From a virus, in the IMG/VR virus record IMGVR_UViG_3300005613_000021, positions 32,537-96,536 of that record: a stretch of DNA of 64,000 bases; one strand, given 5' to 3'. The notes below the pieces were generated by a model. The model saw only the letters and a program-made list of their open reading frames with translations, was not told where the DNA came from and did no database searches. The position numbers and the translations under genes are program-made. The stretch's first letter is position 1. Each line of letters opens with the position of its first letter. Of the stretch, positions 29,456-39,203 are shown one piece after another.

Positions 29456-30174
29456 CAATAGTTATCAATTATTTTTATAGACCTATTTTCTGTGTATGGT
29501 TCGGTTGTGGTGTATGCCAGATAATTTTTATGTATAGAACATTTATACAAACCACTTAAAATATTCTGTTCTTTTTTTAAATTTTCATCCAATATAATAG
29601 AATTATTACCTTTTCTTGAACAGTATGTGACGACAAATTTATTAGAATCAAAAATTTTAGATATTCTTATAATACTTGCATTATCAATAATTTGATTAGT
29701 GCTAATTTTTTTTCTACTAACAATATCAATAATGTCTATATTTTTACCTCTATTTTCGGAAGAGGTGCAATATAACAAACCGTTGTGTAACACTCCATTA
29801 AAAGATCTGTGTAGTACTTTAATGTTTTTATATTCAGCATCAATACTAACTACATAGTAATATACAGCAGACTGGGGGTTTTTTTTAAATCCACAAGTAT
29901 ATGTCAAAAGAGAACTGTCCGAATAAACACAAGGATTGCATTCAACTAAGACATAACCATAGCCTTTGACATATTTAGGTAAATTTATTTTTGATGCAAT
30001 TTTATTATTCTTTATATCTTCAATTAGGTGTATTTTCCAAGGTTTGATGGAATAAATCTGTTTACTAAATTGATCAAATATAGTTTTTTTTGCATAACAG
30101 CACAACATATTTATAGTTCCATTACTGTCATAAAGATATGGTTGACTATAATTTTGTAACTCTATAGTATTCAT
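29452..30174 (-). CDS. Hypothetical protein
   Basis: 240-aa ORF, TAATG-coupled to the Cys-rich gene; its stop overlaps the stop of the convergent + strand gene. Confidence 0.65.
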   Translation of the reverse strand: MNTIELQNYSQPYLYDSNGTINMLCCYAKKTIFDQFSKQIYSIKPWKIHLIEDIKNNKIASKINLPKYVKGYGYVLVECNPCVYSDSSLLTYTCGFKKNPQSAVYYYVVSIDAEYKNIKVLHRSFNGVLHNGLLYCTSSENRGKNIDIIDIVSRKKISTNQIIDNASIIRISKIFDSNKFVVTYCSRKGNNSIILDENLKKEQNILSGLYKCSIHKNYLAYTTTEPYTENRSIKIIDNYC

Positions 30175-31232
30175 TACTCAAAATCTAGATCGTCTATATT
30201 GATAGACAGAGGATATCCTGGCGGAGGATATCCTGGCGACGGAGGCTTGGTAGTGGTAGTGGTTGGGCCAGGTGTTGTAGTTGTAGTTGTAGGGGGACAA
30301 TAACATTGGTAATCAACAATACAATATATTTGTCTAGTATTGGTTGGAATACCATCGCAGTAACACTGGACTATGACCACACCCCATAATCGCTGGGGAT
30401 AGCACCCCGAAGGGCATTGTGGTATTGTGACTGGTGGGCATTGGGCGCAATAGTAACTTCCCTGACAGCCGTCCCCTGGAGGCGGCGGCTCTCCGGGTCC
30501 TGGCTCTGGAGGGGGAGCACACACCCAATCCACTATACACCAATGCACTCGACCACAATTGTCCTCAAAAAGCCGATAAATAGGATATAGTATATTCGGT
30601 GGCGGACAATCTGGTGGTGGTGGGACTGGTGGACATGGATATATGGGTATACAAGGTTCTCGCGTAGTTGTAGTACCTGTTGGTGGTGGTAACGTTGTTG
30701 GTGGTGGTGGTAACGTTGTTGTTGTACAGCAAGGGGGTAATGGTGGATATATTTTACCAGTACCTGAAGGACAGCATGTTTGGTCATACCCATCACAATT
30801 AAAACAGTGTTCTGGTTCTCCATATTGAGTTACCCATGAATCTAATGTTCTCCAATCATCTGGTGTTGCTTCTGGTTTTAGAGGATTTTCACACCTAACT
30901 TGAAGCTCCATATATCCTGGATAAAGTTCGTATGGTGGAGTAAAGCAGCAAGCTCCAGCCCCACCCATACCAAAAAATATGTAACTAGGATCCCCAGTTC
31001 CTAAAGGTGGTGCTGGTTCTTCGTCATCTCTTACTACCACAGGTCCAGAAAGAAAAAGAAATGGATAGCTTGTTTCTATTATTCTCCATTCTACTGGAAG
31101 AAGACATGCGCAACAGCAATAAAAACCTTCTAAACCTTCTTCAGATCCTAGTAAGGTTGGTTCCCAGCTATCGCTTTTTAAGCTGAAACCACTACCATCT
31201 TGACCTGCCGACCCTAGTAAGACGAATGACAT
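30174..31232 (-). CDS. Cys/Pro/Thr-rich low-complexity protein
   Basis: 352 aa, about 29 Cys, poly-Pro and poly-Thr tracts, two CPPV...CP...YP...CIVD modules; collinear with flanking - strand genes. Confidence 0.75.
   Translation of the reverse strand: MSFVLLGSAGQDGSGFSLKSDSWEPTLLGSEEGLEGFYCCCACLLPVEWRIIETSYPFLFLSGPVVVRDDEEPAPPLGTGDPSYIFFGMGGAGACCFTPPYELYPGYMELQVRCENPLKPEATPDDWRTLDSWVTQYGEPEHCFNCDGYDQTCCPSGTGKIYPPLPPCCTTTTLPPPPTTLPPPTGTTTTREPCIPIYPCPPVPPPPDCPPPNILYPIYRLFEDNCGRVHWCIVDWVCAPPPEPGPGEPPPPGDGCQGSYYCAQCPPVTIPQCPSGCYPQRLWGVVIVQCYCDGIPTNTRQIYCIVDYQCYCPPTTTTTTPGPTTTTTKPPSPGYPPPGYPLSINIDDLDFE
30209..30238. repeat. 15-bp tandem duplication gaggatatcctggcg (PGYPP-type repeat)
   Basis: Exact copies at 30209-30223 and 30224-30238; a second repeat tggtggtggtaacgttgtt occurs at 30681-30699 and 30702-30720. 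Confidence 0.85.
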
Positions 31233-31237
31233 TGGTT

Positions 31238-31555
31238 TTAACTACCTTGCCATTTATACCATCCTCTATTTGGCATGTAGTCACCCTTTTCATCTTTTCT
31301 TTTTGGGAAGAGAGTTCCTCCCTTTTTATGTTGACCAAACGCGAGAGTGGCACCACACTTCGTGCATTTTAGCTCATAATACTCATTGTCTTCTACTGTT
31401 CTTACGGCAAATCTAATGTTCGTATTTTTACACATACCACATTCTGACTCGCCAAAAATTTCTTGAATAGAAGACAATTCTTTAAAAACTTCTTTTTGAC
31501 CTTCGCCCTCAACTTCGAATTGTAGTGTATCACTTACTTTATATGATGCTTTCAT
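31238..31555 (-). CDS. Small zinc-ribbon protein
   Basis: CGMC and CTKC pairs. Confidence 0.7.
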   Translation of the reverse strand: MKASYKVSDTLQFEVEGEGQKEVFKELSSIQEIFGESECGMCKNTNIRFAVRTVEDNEYYELKCTKCGATLAFGQHKKGGTLFPKRKDEKGDYMPNRGWYKWQGS

Positions 31556-32226
31556 TTCCAGCCTTCCTCATATCCTAAGATGGTTTCGGGTATATTGCTA
31601 GTATCTTGTTGATAACTAGATAACTGTCTTATAATAGATACACCATTGTTATGGTCAAGTTTATCAATATCTATTGATAAATTCACACTTTCTAAATATT
31701 TTATAGCGTTTATATTTAATCTTTTACATAGAACGTCCATAAAATTTAACTGATTATTTGTAATCTTACCAGCATTATGACCATCAATATCGTCTTCTAT
31801 TTCTTCTGCAATTTCTTCAGCAGCAACAACTTTACGAAGCTTTAAACCTCTTCTAAGAGCCCTTCCTTCAGCCCTTGTTTCCGCAACAGCCACTGGATGA
31901 TTTCTGAAAATCTTATCACAATTTCCCCAATATACGTCTGCAGCGCCATTAACAGTCCTGGTTTTAATATGATTGTCCATATCACAATCGTTTAAAACAT
32001 ATGTCACAGAATGAACCACAGTAGCTCTATTGCCATTATTAGGTTCTGGAGACTGAGCAATGGTTGATGATGAGTCAACAACGGTACATTCAAGAGCTAT
32101 TTCAAATATTCTACGCAGACCATCTGTAGTTGGATTGCCTTGAATTTTTTCATCTTCAGACAAAAGCTCTAAAACATAATCTGTCCATTCAATATCGTTA
32201 ATGCTAGGTTTCTTATTTTTACTCAT
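31552..32226 (-). CDS. Possible Rad52/Sak-like single-strand annealing protein
   Basis: AVAETRAEGRALRRGL resembles the AETxAxGRAL motif of phage annealing proteins; C-terminal ITNNQL helical module. Confidence 0.45.
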   Translation of the reverse strand: MSKNKKPSINDIEWTDYVLELLSEDEKIQGNPTTDGLRRIFEIALECTVVDSSSTIAQSPEPNNGNRATVVHSVTYVLNDCDMDNHIKTRTVNGAADVYWGNCDKIFRNHPVAVAETRAEGRALRRGLKLRKVVAAEEIAEEIEDDIDGHNAGKITNNQLNFMDVLCKRLNINAIKYLESVNLSIDIDKLDHNNGVSIIRQLSSYQQDTSNIPETILGYEEGWK

Positions 32227-33004
32227 TGTTGTCCTCTATATGAAATAATTTTTCCTTTGAATTTTGTATATATCCCAAAGTTTTCATTAATCTATCAGCA
32301 ATCAAATGCGCTCTTGCTTTGGAATAGTCCTTTGTCTGTTTTATTCTAATCAATTTCATTCCTTTGCCAAGTATAAGTCCCGTTTTCTTTTCGTCGTACC
32401 TTTTATTTCTACTTAAAGAATCCTCTCCCCACACAGGCTCAAAATGAGAAGGACCATCAACTTCTATTGCTACATTTTTTTCTGGAACATAAATATCAAT
32501 TTGAAGTTTAGTATTTGCTAAAACTTCCTCTTTATGAAATTCCGGTTTGAATCCACCTTCTATTAAACTAGCTAATAAAAATTTTTCTAATTTAGATCCT
32601 TCTACACTAGATTTTCTAATGGCTATATGTGCAGAATGTAGCATATTTTGCTTTTGTACTTCATCAAGATTATCCCATCTTTTTTTGCTGTCTAATTTTC
32701 TTTTTTTTCTTTCTTTTTCAGATAGACTGTCCCATGCATTATAGACACCCATAGATATTTTATTTTTCTCATTTTCTGTTCTACTTTTGCCCATAGTAGG
32801 ATGAACAGCTTTTCCTTCACTCAACACATTTTTTTGTGCTTCGCTTTTAGTTCTAATTGGTATATTGAATTTTATCGCGTCTCTTCTGATTTTATTTGGG
32901 TATGTATCGTATTTTTGTGCTATTTCACCAAAAGACATTTTTTTTTCTATATATAATTGATAAAGAAGTTTTCTTTTATTGGTGTCATTCATTTGCTGGT
33001 ACAT
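32219..33004 (-). CDS. Vsr/DUF559-like endonuclease with N-terminal HTH and basic helical DNA-binding region (putative free-standing homing endonuclease)
   Basis: IDIYVPEKNVAIEVDGPSH...YDEKK...GMKLIRI; N-terminal MSFGEIAQKY HTH. Confidence 0.75.
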   Translation of the reverse strand: MYQQMNDTNKRKLLYQLYIEKKMSFGEIAQKYDTYPNKIRRDAIKFNIPIRTKSEAQKNVLSEGKAVHPTMGKSRTENEKNKISMGVYNAWDSLSEKERKKRKLDSKKRWDNLDEVQKQNMLHSAHIAIRKSSVEGSKLEKFLLASLIEGGFKPEFHKEEVLANTKLQIDIYVPEKNVAIEVDGPSHFEPVWGEDSLSRNKRYDEKKTGLILGKGMKLIRIKQTKDYSKARAHLIADRLMKTLGYIQNSKEKLFHIEDNNE

Positions 33005-33389
33005 TTAAAATATCCTTTATAGACTTAATATTCTTGATATCATCATACTTTTCTTTGAACTGTTGGAATAATTCTAGATTATCATAGATGTAATATTTAT
33101 GGTGCGGATATATTTGTGGTAAATCAATCAATCCCTCGTCCATAATAATGACATCTTTTGCATCGCTGACTAAATAATATGTATTAAATTGAGGAATAAA
33201 AACATTATGTTTTACTTGTATTTCATCACAGTATATAGCATAATTGAATTCTTTTTTAAAGTCATTGTTCAAAGACAACATTAACAATTCTTTAAAACAC
33301 GCACTATCATAATGAGTCTGATTGAATTTTGAACAAGCCAGAGCTAAATGTCTTGATACATATTCATATTGTTGTCTTTTTTGTGTCAT
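32985..33389 (-). CDS. Hypothetical protein
   Basis: 134-aa ORF in the glycosyltransferase operon. Confidence 0.6.
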   Translation of the reverse strand: MTQKRQQYEYVSRHLALACSKFNQTHYDSACFKELLMLSLNNDFKKEFNYAIYCDEIQVKHNVFIPQFNTYYLVSDAKDVIIMDEGLIDLPQIYPHHKYYIYDNLELFQQFKEKYDDIKNIKSIKDILNVPANE

Positions 33390-33391
33390 GA

Positions 33392-34087
33392 TTATCCTAT
33401 ATATTGTTGTAGGGATTTTTTACTAAAAATAAGATGAGCATCTTTACTTTTTATGTCTGTTTTTTTACAAGTTAAGTTTTTTGATATACAGCTATTGATT
33501 ATTTCAAAAATGTATTTGTTCTTATCTCTTTCTAAAGAAAAATTTTCTAAAATAAAAGATTTTGCTTTTGTGTTTATACAGTTGATACCTATATGTTTGT
33601 TTTCTAGACCAAAAAATATATTTTGTACATAATCATTTTCGACAACACACCCGATTTGAAGATCATTATTTTGTTTATGTCTATTTCCTACACAACATAT
33701 ATTCATATCACATTCTGTATTATTTGCAATGGTATCAAAAATTGCTAGATGATTTATTATTAATCCACACTCTATATTAAATACTGTATTGTATTTGGCA
33801 AGCTCCAACCCCTTTAAAAAGCACCCGGCATAATTTACATTTTTCTTATTTAAATGGCAGTATTTTATATTTAATCTTTTGTTTTCTATGTATTTGATAG
33901 TTTTATTGTGTTCTATGTTGTTCACAAAAATAATTTCATAATCTATATTATTACAACTTTTTTGTATTGCTTTGTATTGTTTGTATAAAATTGTATTTTT
34001 CTTTATGCTATATATTGCTTTTGATCCTAGTGATTTTATCCCACTATCATAATATGGAGAGCTTATAACAAAACTAATTTGATTCAT
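33392..34087 (-). CDS. Nucleotidyltransferase/GT-A fold-like protein (degenerate)
   Basis: N-terminal GIKSLGSKAIYSIKKNTILYKQ resembles the GxRMxxxxPKxLxxxxxxxIL start of sugar-nucleotide transferases. Confidence 0.45.
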   Translation of the reverse strand: MNQISFVISSPYYDSGIKSLGSKAIYSIKKNTILYKQYKAIQKSCNNIDYEIIFVNNIEHNKTIKYIENKRLNIKYCHLNKKNVNYAGCFLKGLELAKYNTVFNIECGLIINHLAIFDTIANNTECDMNICCVGNRHKQNNDLQIGCVVENDYVQNIFFGLENKHIGINCINTKAKSFILENFSLERDKNKYIFEIINSCISKNLTCKKTDIKSKDAHLIFSKKSLQQYIG

Positions 34088-34505
34088 TTTTTATTGCTGT
34101 TATTGAGTATTCGTAAGCGTTAACATAAAATGTCGATTTAATCTTTAGGGTCTTTATTTGACTTATCATAGAAATTATTTCATCTAATGTATAGCACAAT
34201 ATTCTTCCAGGATGATAAATTATTCCCCTAAAATGAGATACGTCTAGATGAAATTTAGAACAATACCAACACATTTGCAATATATCTGGACCTTTAATGT
34301 GTAACTGTCCATTGTCTTCTAATTTATTTGATATTTTTTCTAGTGTTTCCGGAATTTGTTTTATTTGAAGATAATCAAGAAGATCTGCTATATAAATATT
34401 TTCGTACACAGAACTTAAATCATTTATTTCATCAACAGAATAATATCTATAGTCCTTTGGATGTTCTACTTCTTCGTCTATTAATATTGCTATGTTTTTT
34501 TTCAT
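34074..34505 (-). CDS. Methyltransferase-like fragment
   Basis: IYIADLLDYL...LEKISNKLEDNGQLHIKGPD matches the post-motif-I part of class I SAM methyltransferases; no GxG motif visible. Confidence 0.45.
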   Translation of the reverse strand: MKKNIAILIDEEVEHPKDYRYYSVDEINDLSSVYENIYIADLLDYLQIKQIPETLEKISNKLEDNGQLHIKGPDILQMCWYCSKFHLDVSHFRGIIYHPGRILCYTLDEIISMISQIKTLKIKSTFYVNAYEYSITAIKNESN

Positions 34506-34506
34506 A

Positions 34507-34962
34507 TTAATTTTTAGCCTTAAAAGTTTTTTGTAATATATTATTAATAGCTTTTTCCCACATCTCTATATTGTTTATGTTAATTTCTATTACTTCGTTA
34601 CACGCTTCTTTTCCCCAAGACATTCCTATCGTCTCGGAAATAGATATTTGATAATGTGTTATTTGTGGCTCTGGAACTTGTGAAATATTTAAATTATCTG
34701 GCTTTGGCTTGTGGTCTACAATCAAAAGAGGACTATGATAATAATAACATAATCCTATACAAGTATCCAAGATATCTAGTCTATTATTGCATATAATAAG
34801 ATCTATATTCTTATGCGAAAAAATTGATTCTTCTATTGTAGCAACATTTGATGACCCATATATGCTATTCAATATTTTAATAAAAGGCTTGTTATCCGAA
34901 TGAGAATATAAAATATTCTTTTTTTTGTTGATATTTTTTAATATTGTATTATATACTAGCAT
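34507..34962 (-). CDS. Hypothetical protein, possibly a glycosyltransferase-derived domain
   Basis: IDLIICNN...PLLIVDH segment resembles GT-B N-terminal domains; operon context. Confidence 0.4.
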   Translation of the reverse strand: MLVYNTILKNINKKKNILYSHSDNKPFIKILNSIYGSSNVATIEESIFSHKNIDLIICNNRLDILDTCIGLCYYYHSPLLIVDHKPKPDNLNISQVPEPQITHYQISISETIGMSWGKEACNEVIEININNIEMWEKAINNILQKTFKAKN

Positions 34963-36014
34963 AGTAAGTCATTAATATTGGATATGTCATATTTTTCTAG
35001 TTGCTCTTTAGTTATCTTATCGCTACTATATCTGCCATAATAGGCTTTTATCATTGTGTCCCTCAGACTATTGCTTTCCATAGTATAGTTACGACTATAA
35101 AGACAAGAAGAAATATTGCAAGCATACGCATCAACTTTATATATCTTTTCAAAAAATTCTGAAGCAGCTAGTTTTTCATTACATATTATATCCTTCTTTA
35201 GCAAGGCTGCTAAGAAAATATTATTGTTATAATCGTCTGTTCTACAACAATCAATAAAGCAATCTATTGAATTATATAGTTTAACCGTTGATGTTTTATC
35301 GTATATTCCATTAAAAATATGGGGCAAATTTTCTTTTCTATTTATGTTAACGGAACGTGCTATTTCATTAATTCTTTGGTTGATTTGGTCACTATCTTCC
35401 TTACTATCTATGCCGATTGTTTTAATAACCAATCCACAATTTTTATTAACCAAACTATTTATGTAAACATATATTAGTTTTTCCCAATCGTATGTATCAT
35501 TAAAAGATACTTCTGTATAGAAATAATATTTTTCTCCATTTGCCCAATCTAATTTCTCTTTAGTATTATAATCTGTATTATTGATATCTATATAATTGGG
35601 ACAATATGACACATTACACATTAGGTTTTTGGATAATAAATATAAAAGTTTTCTATATTGTTTTTGAGAATTTACTACGATTTTATCGGCAAAACACATC
35701 TTAGTATTTAGTATAGGTTCGTCAATAATATTTGATGCTGGATATATGGCAATATGTTTTTTTATTGCTTCGTTAAAACAATAAAAATTAGGATCGCAGT
35801 CTTGTATACATATATCATAATTATCAAGATTATTTTTTTCTAGCTCCAATAAATCTTCTGGGGTTTCGTTGAAAAATTGTCCAGGATAATATATTGGTAC
35901 TATTCTAAGTAAATGTTTTTTCTTGTATAGTCCCCTGATATTGTTTAAAGAGGACCTTCCCCTATTTGACTCTTCGTTGTAGGGTCCTATGTAAAGAATT
36001 TTTTTATTGTCCAT
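34956..36014 (-). CDS. GT-B (GT4-like) glycosyltransferase, diverged
   Basis: KILYIGP start, ADKIVVNS, LVIKT, LYNSIDCFID; the EGxG motif is degenerate. Confidence 0.65.
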   Translation of the reverse strand: MDNKKILYIGPYNEESNRGRSSLNNIRGLYKKKHLLRIVPIYYPGQFFNETPEDLLELEKNNLDNYDICIQDCDPNFYCFNEAIKKHIAIYPASNIIDEPILNTKMCFADKIVVNSQKQYRKLLYLLSKNLMCNVSYCPNYIDINNTDYNTKEKLDWANGEKYYFYTEVSFNDTYDWEKLIYVYINSLVNKNCGLVIKTIGIDSKEDSDQINQRINEIARSVNINRKENLPHIFNGIYDKTSTVKLYNSIDCFIDCCRTDDYNNNIFLAALLKKDIICNEKLAASEFFEKIYKVDAYACNISSCLYSRNYTMESNSLRDTMIKAYYGRYSSDKITKEQLEKYDISNINDLLC

Positions 36015-37605
36015 ATTTGAGAAATTCAGAATTATCTTCTATGGTTTTTGATCTAATTTTTTCTAATAGTACTTTATGGTTTAATAGCGCTTCTAGATTA
36101 GCCTTTGCCGTCTCTATTTTGTATGGTACTGTGCTATTTCCCGTATTGGCGTATCCATTATTTAGATTCATTACCATAGTTTGAATATATGGTGTCTTAA
36201 GCAGATGTGGGCTTTGTAAGACATCTTTAACAATATCGTGAACAAATTGTCTATTAGAAGAATAATTCACTTTTAGTGATGGATTAACAGATAATGGAAC
36301 ATTCCACATATTTTTAGGTTCTAATGCATCAAAAATATCTATATACCTATCTGTTGTTTTGTCCCAACTATATTTTTCTATTATTTTTTCTCTAATCAGC
36401 TTCTTTTTGCGTATTTTGTTTTCTTTTGTGTCTTGCATATGCTGTATGATTTTGACTACAGCCTCGCTGTCATTAGGTATTGCTCTTAAAGCTCCTGTAT
36501 CTAACTCTTTAAATAGAGCGTATGATATTTTATCTGCTTCTAATTTATCTGTAACTTCGCTCATAGCACTATAATCAACCGAACAAATAGGAACACCACA
36601 TGATGCAGCTTCTAGCTGAGGTATTCCTAAACCTTCACATATAGCATATTGAATATAAAGATCAAATAAATTATATACGTTTTTGAGTTGTGAGTCTGTT
36701 AATCCTTTTACTACGTTTGGCATATGGGCTGCTTCGTTTGAGCAAAATGGACATATTGCTTTAGCTCCCTTCCATGTAGACGAATGTACTTTTGAACACC
36801 TGTCGCAATAGTATGTAAATAATACGAAGTTATAAGCCTCATACTCCTGCAACAATGTGGGGATGTCCCATCCAGATCGTTCTGGATAGCTTGTATGCAG
36901 ATACAAATATACATTCGTTTTTTGGGTTAATGCCCTAACTTGTTTAACTATACCCATTAAGTTGGGAATTAGTTTTCTTTTTTGATTTCTCATAACAGAA
37001 CCAACTACATAAGCATCCTTAGGAATAAGGTGATGAGCCCTGTTTAATGTTGAAGAATAATTAATAGGACGAAAAACGTTTGTATCTACTGAGTCGGAAA
37101 CACTTGTTATTGCGTTCATTGTGTTTCTAGATTGTTTTAGATAGTCTACAGCCCAATCTGTATGTCCCAAAACTACATCTGCTGTACTAAAGCTTTGCAA
37201 CCATTGCATTTGTTGTGGTGTAGAGTCTACTGTTGGTGCAATGACCCAATGAAAATATGGCCTAAGTAAAGAAATGGATTGATATTCTAGCATCCAGGGA
37301 TCTCTTATATCAAAAACGATATCTGGTCTAAAATCTAATACTATTTGATCGAATCTCCATTTTCCAAAAACGTTGGCTGGGTCTTGGTTGTATATTTTGG
37401 TTGCTTCTTTGTCTCCTTCTGTAGCATTTGGATAAACCTTCCAAGGCACCGACTTAGAATCTTTTCCACTATTAAAACAGCTTAACTCTGCTATATCGTA
37501 TTTTCCAGTTTTGTGCAATCTAGACAGGATTTCTCTAGTATATAGACCGAATCCTGATTTGGCGATATGATGTTCACCAACCATTAATATTCTTTTTTTT
37601 CTCAT
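36004..37605 (-). CDS. GT4 family glycosyltransferase with Cys4 zinc insertion
   Basis: SGFG, RNQKRK, YNLFDLY, CEGLGIPQLEAASCGVP (E-x7-E motif); CDRC...CPFC insertion. Confidence 0.9.
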   Translation of the reverse strand: MRKKRILMVGEHHIAKSGFGLYTREILSRLHKTGKYDIAELSCFNSGKDSKSVPWKVYPNATEGDKEATKIYNQDPANVFGKWRFDQIVLDFRPDIVFDIRDPWMLEYQSISLLRPYFHWVIAPTVDSTPQQMQWLQSFSTADVVLGHTDWAVDYLKQSRNTMNAITSVSDSVDTNVFRPINYSSTLNRAHHLIPKDAYVVGSVMRNQKRKLIPNLMGIVKQVRALTQKTNVYLYLHTSYPERSGWDIPTLLQEYEAYNFVLFTYYCDRCSKVHSSTWKGAKAICPFCSNEAAHMPNVVKGLTDSQLKNVYNLFDLYIQYAICEGLGIPQLEAASCGVPICSVDYSAMSEVTDKLEADKISYALFKELDTGALRAIPNDSEAVVKIIQHMQDTKENKIRKKKLIREKIIEKYSWDKTTDRYIDIFDALEPKNMWNVPLSVNPSLKVNYSSNRQFVHDIVKDVLQSPHLLKTPYIQTMVMNLNNGYANTGNSTVPYKIETAKANLEALLNHKVLLEKIRSKTIEDNSEFLKYGQ

Positions 37606-37641
37606 ATACTAGAGATCTCCTATTGACTAGATTAATTAAAA

Positions 37642-38025
37642 TTAAAACGCTACTGCTTCTTCTTGAGATTGAACAGTATCATTATTCTTTTTTAGCTTAG
37701 TAAGCTTAGAGAAATTATTGACTCTAACCTTCATGCTATTATGCTTAACTCCGTCTTTTTCCCACTTATCATTGCGCATTGATCCTTCGACAAAAACCAA
37801 ATCCCCCTTTCGGAATGATTCAGCAATTAGTTCAGCTCCAGAATCCCAAGCTTCGCAAGGAATATAAGAAACAATCTTATCCTTAACACCATTGTTTTTG
37901 GTATATTCTCTAGATACAGCAACAGTAAAATTGATTACTGAGATAGACCTATTACCATTATCAATAGTTCTTAGCTCTGGATCTCTTGTCAAATTACCAC
38001 GTAGAATTACTTGATTCATAATCAA
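37642..38025 (-). CDS. ssb: Single-stranded DNA-binding protein (probable true start ATG at 38019)
   Basis: NQVILRGNLTRDPELR, FTVAVSR, KGDLVFVEG, acidic-Phe C-terminus; GAGGAG RBS. Confidence 0.95.
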   Translation of the reverse strand: MIMNQVILRGNLTRDPELRTIDNGNRSISVINFTVAVSREYTKNNGVKDKIVSYIPCEAWDSGAELIAESFRKGDLVFVEGSMRNDKWEKDGVKHNSMKVRVNNFSKLTKLKKNNDTVQSQEEAVAF

Positions 38026-38063
38026 ATCTCCTCAAGGTTCAAAAAATCTCACTAACACTTATT

Positions 38064-38091
38064 ATTGTATTCTCTGTCCGTATTTTGTCAA
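38064..38091 (-). promoter_or_regulatory. Sigma70-like promoter upstream of ssb
   Basis: Minus strand reads TTGACA-N16-TACAAT. Confidence 0.55.
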
Positions 38092-39203
38092 GCTTGTGGA
38101 ATAAAAATCTTTTCTGCTATCAAACTATCTTTTTCCTTGGATCTTGTACCTTTAATTATTACAATATTGTTATCAAATAGAATATTTTGATAGGTTCTAT
38201 AAGCTTCTGGAAAAACTATTACAGAATCTAAAACTCCGGTATTGTCTGACATACTAACAAAGGCCATTTCAGCACCTTTGTTTTTACCAGATTTAGTTTT
38301 TACAACATTGATATTCTCTATTTCTCCAGCAATTACAATATGTTGTTGATGTGTTTTTAAAAATTCTCCACAAGTACAATTAGTGTGCGAAACATCATAC
38401 ATATCAATTTTTGAGCAGGATATTGAGTATCCCAGTAATTCGTATTCTTTATCAGATATCCACTCTATTGAATCCTCTAGGTCAAATGGTGGCTTGTCTA
38501 TCGAATTAATATGGCTTTGTACAACATTTTTTCTTCTGGTGGTTATTTTATCTTTTAGAAGACTATTTAGTATTTTTTTAAGATTTGAATTATTAGTAAT
38601 GTATTTTTTACAAATCTCTATTTCTTTCTTTGTCAGATCACTAGCAATAGAGTATTCAAATAACATCTTATTTCTACTTTGATTATAATGATCCATAGCT
38701 CCAGAAGATATCAAGCCTTTAACTGCTGTACTATTAATATTTAGTAGTACATTAAACAACAAGTCTGTCCAGCTTGTATTTTCTATTACTGATTCATCTG
38801 TCAGGGTTAAGAGTTTATTGAATACGGATTGTCCAACTCCTTTGATGTCTGTTAGTCCAAAGTATATGATTTTATTCTTTAATACAAAATATCTATTGAG
38901 TTTTCTTATGTCTGGAGTAGACACATGAATATTCATTTGAGAAGCATTTTGAATCAATTCTTTAATTTCTTGTTGAGAATCTATTTTATCTTTAGCAAAT
39001 TTCAAGTATGAAGCAAAAAAAGTTCTAGTGAAGTGAGCTTTGCTGTATGCTGATAGGTATGCGTTCATGGCATAGCTCACAGCATGTGAGTTGGACGTTG
39101 CTATTCCATTAGCATAGAATAAATGTTTATCATTATTTACTTCAATGTCTTTTGTTGGTTTAATTCCAATTTTGCTAATTCTTGTAATTTTTGCATTACG
39201 CAT
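38088..39203 (-). CDS. dnaE: DNA polymerase III alpha, C-terminal part, preceded by a 38-aa C-intein
   Basis: MRNAKITRI...DIEV...HLFYANGIATSN then SHAVSYA; HhH GLTDIKGVG; OB fold MAFVSMSD; GGAG RBS. Confidence 0.95.
   Translation of the reverse strand: MRNAKITRISKIGIKPTKDIEVNNDKHLFYANGIATSNSHAVSYAMNAYLSAYSKAHFTRTFFASYLKFAKDKIDSQQEIKELIQNASQMNIHVSTPDIRKLNRYFVLKNKIIYFGLTDIKGVGQSVFNKLLTLTDESVIENTSWTDLLFNVLLNINSTAVKGLISSGAMDHYNQSRNKMLFEYSIASDLTKKEIEICKKYITNNSNLKKILNSLLKDKITTRRKNVVQSHINSIDKPPFDLEDSIEWISDKEYELLGYSISCSKIDMYDVSHTNCTCGEFLKTHQQHIVIAGEIENINVVKTKSGKNKGAEMAFVSMSDNTGVLDSVIVFPEAYRTYQNILFDNNIVIIKGTRSKEKDSLIAEKIFIPQA
39090..39203 (-). mobile_element. Split intein, C-half (38 aa, terminal Ser-Asn, +1 Ser)
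   Basis: Blocks F/G: KPTKDIEVNNDKHLFYANGIATSN/S. Confidence 0.92.

Noticed and set aside
30535-30541. GGTGTAT copies at 30535-30541 (-), 1234-1240 (+) and 30027-30033 (+)
   Set aside because: Deep within coding sequence or antisense to the local gene; consistent with chance occurrence
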